A stretch of 64,000 bases of DNA from an uncultured Rhodospirillales bacterium (GTDB lineage Bacteria > Pseudomonadota > Alphaproteobacteria > JAWKYA01): contig CAYNIC010000011.1 in the NCBI GenBank assembly GCA_964397465.1, forward strand, positions 3,503 through 67,502. The letters are read 5' to 3'. Under the pieces are notes generated by a model, which saw only the letters and a program-made list of their open reading frames with translations, was not told the origin of the DNA and searched no databases. Below are positions 10,949-21,312 of the stretch, piece by piece. Position 1 is the first letter of the stretch; each line of letters opens with the position of its first letter. The position numbers and the translations under genes are program-made.

Positions 10949-11916
10949 CATCATCTCCTTCATCCTCCGCATCATCGAGTAAACCGGTTCCGATCGTTTT
11001 GGTTACCGGCCTTTCGGGTGCGGGGAAATCATCGGCGCTTAAATTGCTGGAAGATATCGGCTATGAGGCGGTGGATAATCTCCCGCTGTTTTTATTGTCG
11101 CGCTTGGTCATGCCGGTTGAAGGTCGCACCCCGAATACGGTGGATGCTCATCCCTTAGCGATCGGCACCGATGTGAGAACGCGGGATTTTGGCATCGAAG
11201 CGTTTCTATCCGAAACCGAGCGCTTACGTAATCTCAGCGGGTTTAATCTTCGCAAAGTGTTTCTGGACTGCGATGTCGATATTCTATGCCGCCGCTATAC
11301 CGAGACCCGGCGCCGGCATCCTTTGGCGCAGGATCGTCCGGTCCGCGACGGTGTGGAGCGTGAACGGGAACTTCTGGCGCCGCTTCGCGATGCGGCGGAT
11401 GTGGTCATTGATACCAGCACCATGACCCTGGGCGAGCTCAAACAAACCCTTATCCGTCATTTCTCGATCCATCGCCCGACAGGTCCGGGCATATTTGTGC
11501 AGTCCTTTTCTTACCGGGGCGGGGTCCCGCGGGACGCGGATCTCGTGTTCGATGTCCGGTTTTTACGCAACCCTCACTATGTTACCGAACTGCAGCCCCT
11601 GACGGGGCAAGATGCCCGGGTCGGAGCCCATATCGCCGCCGATCCCGAATTTGACCGGTTTTTTGCTAACCTCTTAAACCTTTTGCGCCCCCTGCTGCCG
11701 CGGTATTTTGCCGAGGGTAAAAGCTACCTTACCTTGGCGATCGGCTGCACCGGCGGCCGGCATCGATCGGTTTATGTCGCAGAAAAGCTGGCCTCTGCGT
11801 TGCGGAGCGACGGTCAGGCCGTCACCATCCGTCACCGGGATGCCGGACTCAATGACGCGGGAGCGGGCGAGGCGGGATCCGGCTCCATGCAATTAGACTC
11901 GCCGTCCCGTATATAA
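10945..11916 (+). CDS. rapZ: RNase adapter protein RapZ (YhbJ)
   Basis: P-loop GLSGAGKSSAL and a conserved C-terminal RapZ domain. ATGA overlap with hprK. Confidence 0.8.
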   Translation: MTSSPSSSASSSKPVPIVLVTGLSGAGKSSALKLLEDIGYEAVDNLPLFLLSRLVMPVEGRTPNTVDAHPLAIGTDVRTRDFGIEAFLSETERLRNLSGFNLRKVFLDCDVDILCRRYTETRRRHPLAQDRPVRDGVERERELLAPLRDAADVVIDTSTMTLGELKQTLIRHFSIHRPTGPGIFVQSFSYRGGVPRDADLVFDVRFLRNPHYVTELQPLTGQDARVGAHIAADPEFDRFFANLLNLLRPLLPRYFAEGKSYLTLAIGCTGGRHRSVYVAEKLASALRSDGQAVTIRHRDAGLNDAGAGEAGSGSMQLDSPSRI

Positions 11917-11933
11917 TCGCGCTAGGTTTCGCC

Positions 11934-12338
11934 ATGATCGGAATTATTCTTGTTACCCACGGCCGCCTGGCAGACGAACTCAGCTCCGCTCTGCAACATG
12001 TCGTTGGGCCGCAACCCGCCTTGGCGACGGTGTGTATCGGGCCCGAAGACGATATGGACAAGCGGCGCCAAGAAATCATCGACCGCATACGGCAAGTTGA
12101 TGCGGGGCAGGGTGTGGTCCTGCTGACGGACATGTTCGGCGGCACGCCGTCCAATCTGGCGATCTCGGTTATGGAAGGCCGCAAGGTCGAAGTGATTGCC
12201 GGCGTTAATCTGCCGATGTTGGTCAAGCTGGCCAGCGTTCGCGACCATGATGATCTGGCCACCGCGGTCATCAAGGCGCAGGAAGCCGGCCGCAAATATA
12301 TCAATGTGGCCTCCGCCTTTTTGTCCGGCGCTTGTTAG
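11934..12338 (+). CDS. PTS EIIA component, mannose family (EIIA-Ntr-like ManX type)
   Basis: MIGIILVTHGRLA...: EIIA-Man fold with the conserved His in the THG motif. Confidence 0.8.
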   Translation: MIGIILVTHGRLADELSSALQHVVGPQPALATVCIGPEDDMDKRRQEIIDRIRQVDAGQGVVLLTDMFGGTPSNLAISVMEGRKVEVIAGVNLPMLVKLASVRDHDDLATAVIKAQEAGRKYINVASAFLSGAC

Positions 12339-12352
12339 GGTGCGGGGTCGTC

Positions 12353-12661
12353 ATGAGCACAGAGACCACCGGCGGAGCAAAGAATAATCAAGCCGCGTTG
12401 CGGCGCACAGTCATGATCATCAATCAGCGCGGCCTTCATGCACGCGCGGCGGCAAAGTTTGTAAAATTGGCGGGGGAATTTGACGCCGAGGTTGCGGTCG
12501 AGCGCAATGGTACGGCGGTATCGGGGATGTCGATCATGGGATTGATGATGCTGGCAGCGGCTACCGGCTGTGAGATTGAAATTGCCGTCACCGGGCGAGA
12601 AGCGGCATCGGCGCTGGCGGCCCTCTCCAAGCTGGTGAGCGATGGCTTCGACGAACCGTAA
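12353..12661 (+). CDS. ptsH: phosphocarrier protein HPr/NPr
   Basis: NQRGLHARAAAKFV contains the active-site His. GMSIMGLMMLAA is present. Typical alphaproteobacterial N-terminal extension. Confidence 0.8.
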   Translation: MSTETTGGAKNNQAALRRTVMIINQRGLHARAAAKFVKLAGEFDAEVAVERNGTAVSGMSIMGLMMLAAATGCEIEIAVTGREAASALAALSKLVSDGFDEP

Positions 12662-14429
12662 GAAATCTGCCAAATCAACACCGGGCAGTATTACCTTAGG
12701 CGGCTTGGGCGTCTCGGCCGGAATCGCCATCGGGCCGGCCCACCTGGTTGAGGCGGGGTCCGTTCAGGCGCCGGAGTACCGGATCCCCCGCGGCCAGATT
12801 CCAACCGAACTTGCGCGCCTGGATACTGCTGTTGGTGCAGCGCGGCGGCAATTATTCAAATTGAAAGACAAGGCACGGCATCTGCCCGAGACCGCGGCGG
12901 AAGAAATCGGTTTCCTCTTGGACGCCCATCTTTCCATGCTGGGAGATTCCCGGTTGTTGCGCGGGGCAAGGAAGCGGATTGAATCGGAACGGTTCAATGC
13001 CGAGGCCGCCATTGTGCAAGAAATCGCCGTGATCGCCGAAAGCTTCGGCGCGATGGAGGATAGTTACCTTGCCGCCCGGGTCGACGATATTCGCGAGGTG
13101 GGCAATCGTTTGATCCGGACCTTGACGCAAACGCCTTATGCGGTTTTTGCGCATATTCCTGAAGGAACGATTCTCATTGCGGAAGAATTGACCCCGGCGG
13201 ATATGGCCCTGCTGGATCCAAAAAAGGTATTAGGGATTGCCACGGTCTTGGGTGGCGCCGAGGGCCATACGGCAATCATGGCGCGCGCCTTGGGGATCTC
13301 GGCGGTGCTTGGTATTGCCGGCTTGCACGGGAAGATAAAATCCGGCGATCTGATTGTTGTCGACGGTATCAAGGGGCAGGTCATTCTTCGCCCCGAGCCC
13401 GACGTGCTGGCACGGTTCGAGCGATTAAAAGCGAAGCTGGACGCTGCCCAGGCAAAACTGGCGCGGCTGCGCACCTTGCCGGCAGAAACCCGCGACGGCG
13501 TCACGATTTCACTGGTCGCCAATTTGGAACTGCCCCGCGAAGCCGAACGCGCTTTGGATAACGGCGCCATGGGCATCGGCCTGTTGCGGACCGAATTCAT
13601 GTATATGAATCGGGACGATCTTCCCGGAGAGGAAGAGCAGTTTCAAGCTCTGCGCGGTTTGGTGCAGCAGATGGAGGGGCGGCCGGTCACCGTGCGCACC
13701 TTGGATGTGGGCGGTGACAAGCTGGCCTACAGCCTGGATGGCATCGCCAACGAATCGCTTAATCCAGCCTTGGGGCTGCGGGCGATCCGGTTGTCGTTGA
13801 AGGTGCGGAGCCTGTTGGAAAATCAATTTGCCGCAGCGCTTCGCGCCAGCGCCTTTGGCCCAGTCCGGATCTTGCTGCCGATGATCGCCTCGGCGTCGGA
13901 GTTTTTGGAAGCGCGCACTGTTTTGACCGAGGTGGCGCGGCGGCTGCGCCAAGCCAAGGTCGCCATGTCCAATCCCTTGCCGCCCCTCGGTGTGATGATT
14001 GAAGTGCCCAGCGCCGCCTTGTCGGCGGATGTCTTGGCGCGCCACGCCGATTTCTTCGCCATCGGCACCAACGATCTCACCATGTTCACCTTGGCGATCG
14101 ATCGCGCGGATGACCAGGTGGCCTATCTTTATAATCCGCTGCATCCGGCGATCTTGCGGCTTATTCAGTTCACCGCCGCCGCCGCCCGACGGGGAAATAT
14201 ACCCCTGTCGGTTTGCGGGGAGATCGCCGGCGATCCGCGCTATACGGCGTTGCTGATCGGTCTGGGCATTCGCGAGTTGTCGATGACTCCCAGCAACATT
14301 CCCCGGGTCAAGCAACGCTTACGCGCCTTGGATGTGAAGGCGGCCACCCAGCGGGCCCGGCAAATCATGGAGCAATCGGATGGCGGACGGATTGCCGCGT
14401 TGTTGGATGATTTTAACGAGGCTTTGTAG
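12642..14429 (+). CDS. ptsI: phosphoenolpyruvate-protein phosphotransferase (Enzyme I, PtsI/PtsP-type, no GAF domain)
   Basis: EI N-terminal, PEP-utilizing and TIM-barrel domain sequence (GGxxxHxAIxAR, MIEVP, GTNDL). The precise start is uncertain because it overlaps ptsH. Confidence 0.85.
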   Translation: MASTNRKKSAKSTPGSITLGGLGVSAGIAIGPAHLVEAGSVQAPEYRIPRGQIPTELARLDTAVGAARRQLFKLKDKARHLPETAAEEIGFLLDAHLSMLGDSRLLRGARKRIESERFNAEAAIVQEIAVIAESFGAMEDSYLAARVDDIREVGNRLIRTLTQTPYAVFAHIPEGTILIAEELTPADMALLDPKKVLGIATVLGGAEGHTAIMARALGISAVLGIAGLHGKIKSGDLIVVDGIKGQVILRPEPDVLARFERLKAKLDAAQAKLARLRTLPAETRDGVTISLVANLELPREAERALDNGAMGIGLLRTEFMYMNRDDLPGEEEQFQALRGLVQQMEGRPVTVRTLDVGGDKLAYSLDGIANESLNPALGLRAIRLSLKVRSLLENQFAAALRASAFGPVRILLPMIASASEFLEARTVLTEVARRLRQAKVAMSNPLPPLGVMIEVPSAALSADVLARHADFFAIGTNDLTMFTLAIDRADDQVAYLYNPLHPAILRLIQFTAAAARRGNIPLSVCGEIAGDPRYTALLIGLGIRELSMTPSNIPRVKQRLRALDVKAATQRARQIMEQSDGGRIAALLDDFNEAL

Positions 14430-14442
14430 ATCGTGATAGAAT

Positions 14443-15090
14443 CTAGAGATTGTCCGTGCGGGCGATCAAAGTGCCGGCACCGACCATGGCTGACTTAGAG
14501 CGGGCCAAAGAACCGTTCAAGTTAATCGCCCGGCAAGCATCCTCCACCACCACTGCGGCCAGGCCTTCACGGCGCGCATCCAGCGCGGTGTAGGTGACGC
14601 AGAAGTCGGTGGCAAGGCCGGCCAAAAACAACCGGCGAATTCCCCGCTCACGCAGGTAACCGGCAAGACCGGTGGGTGTGCGGCGGTCGTTTTCGTAAAA
14701 AGCCGAATAGCTGTCGATGCCGGGGCGAAAGCCCTTGCGGATGACAAGCTCGGTCTGAGGCAATTTGAGATCTTTGTGAAACTCGGCGCCGTATGTGCCT
14801 TGAACGCAGTGCCGCGGCCACAGGACTTGCTCGCCGTACGGCATAAAGATCGTTTCATACGCCGTCTTATTGGCGTGGCTTGAAGCGAAAGAGCTGTGCT
14901 GTTCCGTGTGCCAGTCTTGAGTCATGATGACGTGTTGAAAGCGCGGGGCGAAATTCATGATCACCGGGATCACTTGATCGCCTTCAGGCACGGCTAAGGC
15001 GCCGCCGGGGCAGAAATCATTCTGAACGTCGACAACCAGAAGAGCGTCACTGTCGCTGTATCGGGTATGCCCATCCATTGTTTCTTTCAC
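14443..15090 (-). CDS. pncA: nicotinamidase/pyrazinamidase (isochorismatase family)
   Basis: LLVVDVQNDFCPGGALAV... is a typical PncA sequence with a catalytic Cys (ATDFCV). Confidence 0.8.
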   Translation of the reverse strand: MKETMDGHTRYSDSDALLVVDVQNDFCPGGALAVPEGDQVIPVIMNFAPRFQHVIMTQDWHTEQHSSFASSHANKTAYETIFMPYGEQVLWPRHCVQGTYGAEFHKDLKLPQTELVIRKGFRPGIDSYSAFYENDRRTPTGLAGYLRERGIRRLFLAGLATDFCVTYTALDARREGLAAVVVEDACRAINLNGSLARSKSAMVGAGTLIARTDNL

Positions 15091-15806
15091 TCCGTTAACG
15101 CCAAGTCGACCATGACAATGCGCGTGTCTTGACCGGCCGTAATGTCAATCTGTGACTCATTTCTAACTTCGATACCATCTCGCGACCGGGCGTCGACGCC
15201 GTTGATCGTGATGCTTCCGCCATCGGCGACCACGTAAGCACCCCGGCCTGGTGCAAAGATATGCTGCACCGTTGATCCGGCACTGAGACTGGCGCCCAGA
15301 ATGGCGGCGTCACAGTGGATGGGAAGCGCGCCAGATCCTGCGTCTGCCGGGCGTCCCGAAGCAAAGGGGACAAGGCCCCTTTTTTTATTCCCTGGAAAGG
15401 CTTTTGTCTCCCAATGCGGCGACATGCCGCGAGCTTGAGGCCGCAGCCAGATTTGGAACAAGGTGGTCGGCGTATCTTCAAAATTATACTCGGCATGAAG
15501 AATGCCTGCGCCGGCGGACATGACCTGCACGTCGCCCGCGGCCGTTCGGCCCTTGTTTCCAAGGTGATCTTGATGCGATACGGCACCGGTGCGTACCACG
15601 GTGATGATCTCCATATCCCGGTGACCGTGGAGGTCAAACCCCTGTCCCGGTGCGATGGTATCGTCATTCCACACCACCAGGGGTCCAAACCCCATACGGT
15701 TCGGATCCCGATAACTGCCGAAGCTAAAATGATGGGTGGCGTTTAGCCACTCGTTGCGGAATTTTCCAAGCTGGTCATAGGGGGTTACGGTGATCATATT
15801 TTCCAT
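15087..15806 (-). CDS. pirin family protein
   Basis: HxH...FxxHPHRGxE-type cupin motifs (HHFSFG, FDLHGHRDMEIITVV). Start placed at MENMITV; the upstream extension lacks support. Confidence 0.8.
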   Translation of the reverse strand: MENMITVTPYDQLGKFRNEWLNATHHFSFGSYRDPNRMGFGPLVVWNDDTIAPGQGFDLHGHRDMEIITVVRTGAVSHQDHLGNKGRTAAGDVQVMSAGAGILHAEYNFEDTPTTLFQIWLRPQARGMSPHWETKAFPGNKKRGLVPFASGRPADAGSGALPIHCDAAILGASLSAGSTVQHIFAPGRGAYVVADGGSITINGVDARSRDGIEVRNESQIDITAGQDTRIVMVDLALTE

Positions 15807-15953
15807 CCTTTCACTGTAGAATATGGGATGAAAGCTGATTTCCGCAAGAGGCCTAGATGAGGATTGCCAAAAACACGAGAGGCGCCGGCTTTTATGGCCG
15901 ACGCCTCTTGAAAGCAAGTTAATGCAATAAGGCGCTAACCGTTGCGTGACGAC

Positions 15954-16691
15954 TTACTTAGGCTGCGTGCCCGCTGCTGCAGGAGGCGTCCCGGCGGCAG
16001 GCTTCGGACCTCCGGCAGGGGTTGAGGGCGTTGCCGCGGCAGGCGGCTTTGTGCCGGACGATTTGGCGGCTTCGCGGGTACGATTGTTCTTTTCAATTTC
16101 GGCAATGACCAGGTTGGCTTTTTTCTGCGCCTCTTCCAGCTGTGCCGGCTTCAATTCACCGAAGGCTTTTTCCCGTGCCGAAATCGCCGGCGGGTAACCC
16201 ACCCGGGCGGCAAGCATGAACCACATAGTGCCTTCGATCTTATCTTCAGGGATGCCGATGGCTTCGTATTTCATAACGCCCGCATTGTACTGCGCATCGA
16301 TATGGTTCGCTCTGGCGGCCTTGGCGAAGTATTGATAGGCCATGGCAGGATCTTCTTTAACGCCTTCGCCGCGGATCAAAAGAATGCCGACATGAAAGGC
16401 GGGATCGCCGCGTAAGGGATCGGTGTCTGCCGCCAACTTGTACCAGGCAAGCGCGGCCACCGGATCGGGTTTTTCAATTCCATATCCGGCCTGCACCATC
16501 TTGGCCAGGTTGAACATCGCCTCGACATTGCCGGCACGGGCAAGCTTCTCAAAAATTTCCAGGGCTTTTTTGTAATCTTTTTGATCTTGCGCCTTGATAC
16601 CGTCGACCACCGTTTGTGCCATCGCGGGCATCGGCACGGCAAAGCCAAGAGCCAATAAGAAAAGAAGAGCAGCGAAAAACCTGCGGACCAT
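15954..16691 (-). CDS. Sel1-repeat (TPR-like) periplasmic protein with Pro/Ala-rich C-terminus
   Basis: Signal peptide MVRRFFAALLFLLALGFAVPMPAMA. Sel1 repeats (A..W...AA..G...AQ..LG). PAAG/PAAA low-complexity tail. Confidence 0.7.
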   Translation of the reverse strand: MVRRFFAALLFLLALGFAVPMPAMAQTVVDGIKAQDQKDYKKALEIFEKLARAGNVEAMFNLAKMVQAGYGIEKPDPVAALAWYKLAADTDPLRGDPAFHVGILLIRGEGVKEDPAMAYQYFAKAARANHIDAQYNAGVMKYEAIGIPEDKIEGTMWFMLAARVGYPPAISAREKAFGELKPAQLEEAQKKANLVIAEIEKNNRTREAAKSSGTKPPAAATPSTPAGGPKPAAGTPPAAAGTQPK

Positions 16692-16814
16692 CAAAATCTC
16701 TCGTCGTGTGGTTGAACCAAAATTCCTGGGGAAGGGTATGCCACAGATCGCATAGCGCTGGCCAGGGGCGTTCCCCGCCTTACGATGGGAAAACGGCAAA
16801 ACCGTGGCGCCGCC

Positions 16815-17894
16815 TTAGGATGGCTGGCGCAAAGGCCCCAGACCCTTGCGGAGCGCCTCTTGACCGACCAGCAGCGATCCCAGCAAAAGAAACGCCCCCA
16901 TCTGGTGCAGGCTTGCCAGGAAAACGGGTACCTGCAGAAGAAGGGTGGTGATGCCCAAGGTAACCTGCAGCACAACCAAGCCAAGGACGCAGCGCCAGGC
17001 CCAAACCGCGCGTAACGGTGGGGATTGACGCCGAATGATCAGAAAGAAGCATAAAATGGCGATGAAACTGAGAAGGGCCAGAATCCGGTGGATGAACTGG
17101 GCAGTGGCGGGATTCTCGAACAGGTTACGCCACAGCGGTTTCAACGCCCATACATCGGGCGGAACGACGGCGTCGTTCATCAACGGAAAAGTATTATAGA
17201 TAAGGCCGGCATCAAGCCCGGCAACCAGCGCGCCGGCCAGCAGGGTTGCGGCCACCAAACCGATGAGCACAAAACTCCATCCTCGAAGTCTGCGGAGATC
17301 GGTGTCACGCGCACTCTGCTGTCCGTAAGGCCACAGCAATCGCAGAGCGGTCAGCAACAATGCGCTATAAATAAGGGCGGCAAGGCCAAGATGAGTTGCC
17401 AGACGATAGGGGCTCACCATCGGATCGTTGACCAATCCGCTTTTGACCATCCACCAGCCGACGCCGGCCTCCGCACCGCCGAGAGCGAAAATGCCCAGCA
17501 ATGGCAAAATGAGGTTGCGCGGGATTTGGCGAGTGATCAAAAAACCCAAAAACGGAATCAAGAACACGATCCCGATCAGCCGCCCCCATAACCGGTGCAG
17601 ATATTCCCAAAAATAAATCTGCTTAAATTCCGCCAGGGACATACCGTGATTGCGTTTCACATATTCCGGCGATTGGCGATAGGCGTCGAACTCCGCCGCC
17701 CAAGCCGTTTCGGATAGCGGCGGCAAGGCGCCGGCGACCGGTTTCCACTCGACGATGGAAAGACCGCTTTCGGTCAACCGCGTCACCGCACCGATGGTCG
17801 CCATGGCCAACACCATCAGGCAGCACACGAGCAACCAGGCGGCGATTCGTCGGTGAGAGGGTGGCACCCCTCCTAAGGAGGCGGATAATGTCAT
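16815..17894 (-). CDS. ctaA: heme A synthase (COX15/CtaA)
   Basis: Eight-TM protein with conserved His residues; the sequence is typical of alphaproteobacterial CtaA. Start ambiguous (17954 or 17894). Confidence 0.75.
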   Translation of the reverse strand: MTLSASLGGVPPSHRRIAAWLLVCCLMVLAMATIGAVTRLTESGLSIVEWKPVAGALPPLSETAWAAEFDAYRQSPEYVKRNHGMSLAEFKQIYFWEYLHRLWGRLIGIVFLIPFLGFLITRQIPRNLILPLLGIFALGGAEAGVGWWMVKSGLVNDPMVSPYRLATHLGLAALIYSALLLTALRLLWPYGQQSARDTDLRRLRGWSFVLIGLVAATLLAGALVAGLDAGLIYNTFPLMNDAVVPPDVWALKPLWRNLFENPATAQFIHRILALLSFIAILCFFLIIRRQSPPLRAVWAWRCVLGLVVLQVTLGITTLLLQVPVFLASLHQMGAFLLLGSLLVGQEALRKGLGPLRQPS

Positions 17895-18030
17895 GCTCAA
17901 ACCTAGGCGCAAGCCAAAGGCTGCGCCAAGCGGCAGGCTGTCGCGGGGCAACAAAGGTGGTTATTCATAGGCGTTTGGTGCAAAATCTGAAGACAAGGAC
18001 AAAAACAACACGCTGTTGCGAGGAAAAAAG

Positions 18031-18375
18031 ATGAAACACGCAAGCAGAGGGGCGGTGATTTTGAGCTTAGTTTGCGGTGCCGCCGCGGCCGCGGAATATA
18101 CGCCATCCGAACTTCAAAGCATGATCGCGGCGGGCAAAACTCCGGATACCTTGACGCCGACCACCGACACAAAAGACGCAAACTTTCCAGTTTGCCGCGC
18201 CATGGTTAATGCGACTATTGGCGCTCTCAGCCATCCGGTTGTTTATCCGGTTGTCGTCGTTGCAGATAACCCATCCACCTACGCCAAGAAGCTGTGGCTC
18301 AATGATGCGGTGATGGTTTTCACCTGCACGGCTGCCGACGGAAAATTCACGACTACGACGGCAAAGTATAAATGA
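18031..18375 (+). CDS. hypothetical secreted protein
   Basis: Signal peptide MKHASRGAVILSLVCGAAAAA. No recognisable domain. Confidence 0.4.
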   Translation: MKHASRGAVILSLVCGAAAAAEYTPSELQSMIAAGKTPDTLTPTTDTKDANFPVCRAMVNATIGALSHPVVYPVVVVADNPSTYAKKLWLNDAVMVFTCTAADGKFTTTTAKYK

Positions 18376-18379
18376 TGAG

Positions 18380-19417
18380 TTACCCTTTAACTTCCCAGGT
18401 ATAGCCCGACCGCAGCAGGGCATTGATGTCGCCGGGCTTGCCTTTGATCTTAGCCTTGGCGGCTTCGCCTTGTTGTTGGACCAGGCGCTCGAAGCTCGGC
18501 GCAGGATCGCAATAGATAACGCCCATGGCGACCGGGAATTCCGGCGGGGTCATGCCGCCCAGCAAAAACGCCAGCGCGCGGTTGGTCTCGTCATGGACCA
18601 GAATATCGGCTTCGGTGACGCCGTTTTCGCCAATCTGGACGACTTCCAACTCGAAGGTGCCGGGTTTTAATCGCAGGCCCTTCTTATTGTCCTTGCCGTA
18701 CAGCATGGGTTTGCCATGTTGCAAATGAAGCTGCATCTCGGCGGCAACGTCCTTGGATGTGAAGTGATCGAAGGCGCCGTCGTTATAAACGATGCAGTTC
18801 TGAAAGATCTCGATCAGGGATGTTCCCTTGTGGGCGTGACCGCGCTTCAATACTTCGGACAGATGCTTTTGCAGGGTGTCGACCGAGCGCGCCACGAACC
18901 GCGCACCGGCGCCGAGAGCAAACAACGCGGCGGAGATCGGCGTCTCAACCGACCCACCCGGCGTCGACGGCGAGCGCGTGCCTTTGCGCGACGTCGGCGA
19001 ATACTGACCCTTGGTCAGACCATAGATCTCGTTGTTGTGCAGCAGCATGGTGATGTCGACGTTGCGGCGCAAGGTGTGCAGCAGATGATTGCCGCCGATC
19101 GACAAGGCGTCGCCGTCGCCGGACACCAACCACACATCCAAGTCCGGCCGCGCCAGCTTTATGCCGGTGGCAAAGGCGGGGGCTCGACCATGGATGGTGT
19201 GAAAGCCGTAGGTCGACATGTAATAGGGAAAGCGCGCGGCGCAGCCGATGCCCGACACGAACACCGTGTTCTCGCGGTTGACATTCATGTCGGCGAGGGT
19301 TTTCTGCACCGCCTTCAAAATCGCGTAGTCGCCGCATCCGGGGCACCATCTGACTTCCTGGTCGGAGGCAAGGTCCTTGGCCGACAAGGGGGCTGCGGGA
19401 GGTGTCATGACATTCAT
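18380..19417 (-). CDS. korB: 2-oxoglutarate:ferredoxin oxidoreductase beta subunit (TPP-binding)
   Basis: CPGCGDY and a TPP-binding GDG...N motif. Directly downstream of korA. Confidence 0.85.
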   Translation of the reverse strand: MNVMTPPAAPLSAKDLASDQEVRWCPGCGDYAILKAVQKTLADMNVNRENTVFVSGIGCAARFPYYMSTYGFHTIHGRAPAFATGIKLARPDLDVWLVSGDGDALSIGGNHLLHTLRRNVDITMLLHNNEIYGLTKGQYSPTSRKGTRSPSTPGGSVETPISAALFALGAGARFVARSVDTLQKHLSEVLKRGHAHKGTSLIEIFQNCIVYNDGAFDHFTSKDVAAEMQLHLQHGKPMLYGKDNKKGLRLKPGTFELEVVQIGENGVTEADILVHDETNRALAFLLGGMTPPEFPVAMGVIYCDPAPSFERLVQQQGEAAKAKIKGKPGDINALLRSGYTWEVKG

Positions 19418-19428
19418 CGCCGGCGTCC

Positions 19429-21312
19429 TTACTTTTTCTGAGCGAGCTGCTGGCGGGCAGCCGCTTCAATTTCGGAAATCTTGAACGGTTGGCCCGTTAC
19501 CTTGGGCAGGCTGACCGCGGGAACGAGATATTCGGCGCGCAGGAGTTTGACCAACTGGCCGTTATTCATTTCTGGAATGAGAATCTTCTCGTAGCCGCGC
19601 AAAAGATCGCCAAGGTTGGCGGGCAGCGGCCAAATATGCCGGAGATGAATATGGGCCACATCCAATCCTTCGGCCAGCATGTTCGATACCGCGCGGTTGA
19701 TCGGACCGAAGGTCGACCCCCAACCGACGATCGCCAGCTTGCCCTTTTCCTTGCCCAGCTCGACGGTTTGGTTCGGGATATCGCGCACCATGCCCAAAAC
19801 TTTATTGTGCCGGGCGTCGGTCATCTTTTGGTGGTTCGCCGCGTCATAAGAAATATTGCCGCTATTGTAGTCGCGCTCGATGCCGCCGATGCGATGCTCT
19901 AACCCAGGCGTCCCCGGAACCGCCCAGGCGCGGGCGAGGGTTTCCGGATCGCGGAGGAACGGATGAAACCCATTGGGTTCGGTGCGGAACTTGACCGGCG
20001 CCGGTTCATACCGATCCATGGACGGGATTAGCCACGGCTCCGACGCATTGGCAAGATAGCCGTCGGTCAGCACCATGATCGGTGTCATGTATTTGACCGC
20101 CAGCTTGGTGGCGAGAATGGCGACTTCGAAACAATCCGACGGAGAGCGGGTGGCGATAACAGCCATCGGCGCATCGCCGTTGCGTCCCCACACCGCTTGG
20201 AACAAGTCCGATTGTTCGGTCTTGGTGGGAAGACCGGTCGACGGTCCGCCGCGCTGGGAATTGACGACCACCAGGGGCAACTCGGTGGCGATCGCCAGGC
20301 CCAAGGCTTCGCCCTTCAGCGCGATGCCCGGACCCGAGCTGGAGGTGACGCCCAGCGCCCCGGCATAGGAGGCGCCGATCGCGGCGCAGATGGCGGCGAT
20401 TTCATCCTCGGCTTGGAAGGTGGTGACGCCGTAATCGCGCAGCCGCGCCAAATGATGCAGCAAGGCGGATGCCGGCGTAATCGGATAACCGGCGAACAAC
20501 ATTTCAAGATTGCATAGGCTGGCGCCCGCAACCAAACCCCAGGCCAGGGCTTCGGTGCCGGTGACGGTGCGGTAAAGACCCGGCGCGATCTTGGCCGACG
20601 GCACCACATAGGCGCCGATCTCGGCCGGCATCTCGGCGGTCTCGCCGAAGGCGTGGCCCGCGTTCAATGCCGCGACATTGGCTTTCGCGACGTCGTCGCG
20701 TTTGGAGAATTTACCTTCCAGCCATTGCAAGGTCGGACCGCGGTCGCGGCCGAACATCCAATAGACCAGACCCAGGGCCCACATGTTTTTGCAGCGCAGG
20801 GCTTCTTTCTGCGACAAGCCGAACGGCTTCACCGATTCAAGCGTCAACCGCGACATATCCAATTTTAAAATGCGATACTTCGCCGCCAGCTCAGGATCCG
20901 AAAACGGATCAGCAGGATAACCGGCCTTGATGAAATTTTTGTCGTTGAACTGACCGATGTCGACGATCAGCACGCCGCCGGGTTTGAGATCTTTCAGATT
21001 CACCTTCAGCGCGGCGGGATTCATCGCGATTAAAACATCCAAGGCATCGCCCGCGGTTTTGATGACGCGGCCGCCGAAATTAATTTGGAACGCGGACACG
21101 CCGTAGGTCGTGCCAACCGGGGCGCGAATCTCGGCCGGGAAATCCGGGAAGGTGGCAAGGTCGTTCCCCGCCAGAGCGGTTGCTTGGGTAAACTGACTCC
21201 CCGTCAGCTGCATGCCGTCGCCGCTATCTCCGGCGAAGCGGATCACCGCCGATTCAAGTGAGCCTCGTTCGCCGTCGCGACGTTTTTCCTGAACCGTGTT
21301 GGTTCCTTCCAT
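19429..21312 (-). CDS. korA: 2-oxoglutarate:ferredoxin oxidoreductase alpha subunit
   Basis: 627-aa pyruvate/2-oxoacid:ferredoxin oxidoreductase alpha domains (domain III/gamma plus the alpha core). Confidence 0.85.
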   Translation of the reverse strand: MEGTNTVQEKRRDGERGSLESAVIRFAGDSGDGMQLTGSQFTQATALAGNDLATFPDFPAEIRAPVGTTYGVSAFQINFGGRVIKTAGDALDVLIAMNPAALKVNLKDLKPGGVLIVDIGQFNDKNFIKAGYPADPFSDPELAAKYRILKLDMSRLTLESVKPFGLSQKEALRCKNMWALGLVYWMFGRDRGPTLQWLEGKFSKRDDVAKANVAALNAGHAFGETAEMPAEIGAYVVPSAKIAPGLYRTVTGTEALAWGLVAGASLCNLEMLFAGYPITPASALLHHLARLRDYGVTTFQAEDEIAAICAAIGASYAGALGVTSSSGPGIALKGEALGLAIATELPLVVVNSQRGGPSTGLPTKTEQSDLFQAVWGRNGDAPMAVIATRSPSDCFEVAILATKLAVKYMTPIMVLTDGYLANASEPWLIPSMDRYEPAPVKFRTEPNGFHPFLRDPETLARAWAVPGTPGLEHRIGGIERDYNSGNISYDAANHQKMTDARHNKVLGMVRDIPNQTVELGKEKGKLAIVGWGSTFGPINRAVSNMLAEGLDVAHIHLRHIWPLPANLGDLLRGYEKILIPEMNNGQLVKLLRAEYLVPAVSLPKVTGQPFKISEIEAAARQQLAQKK

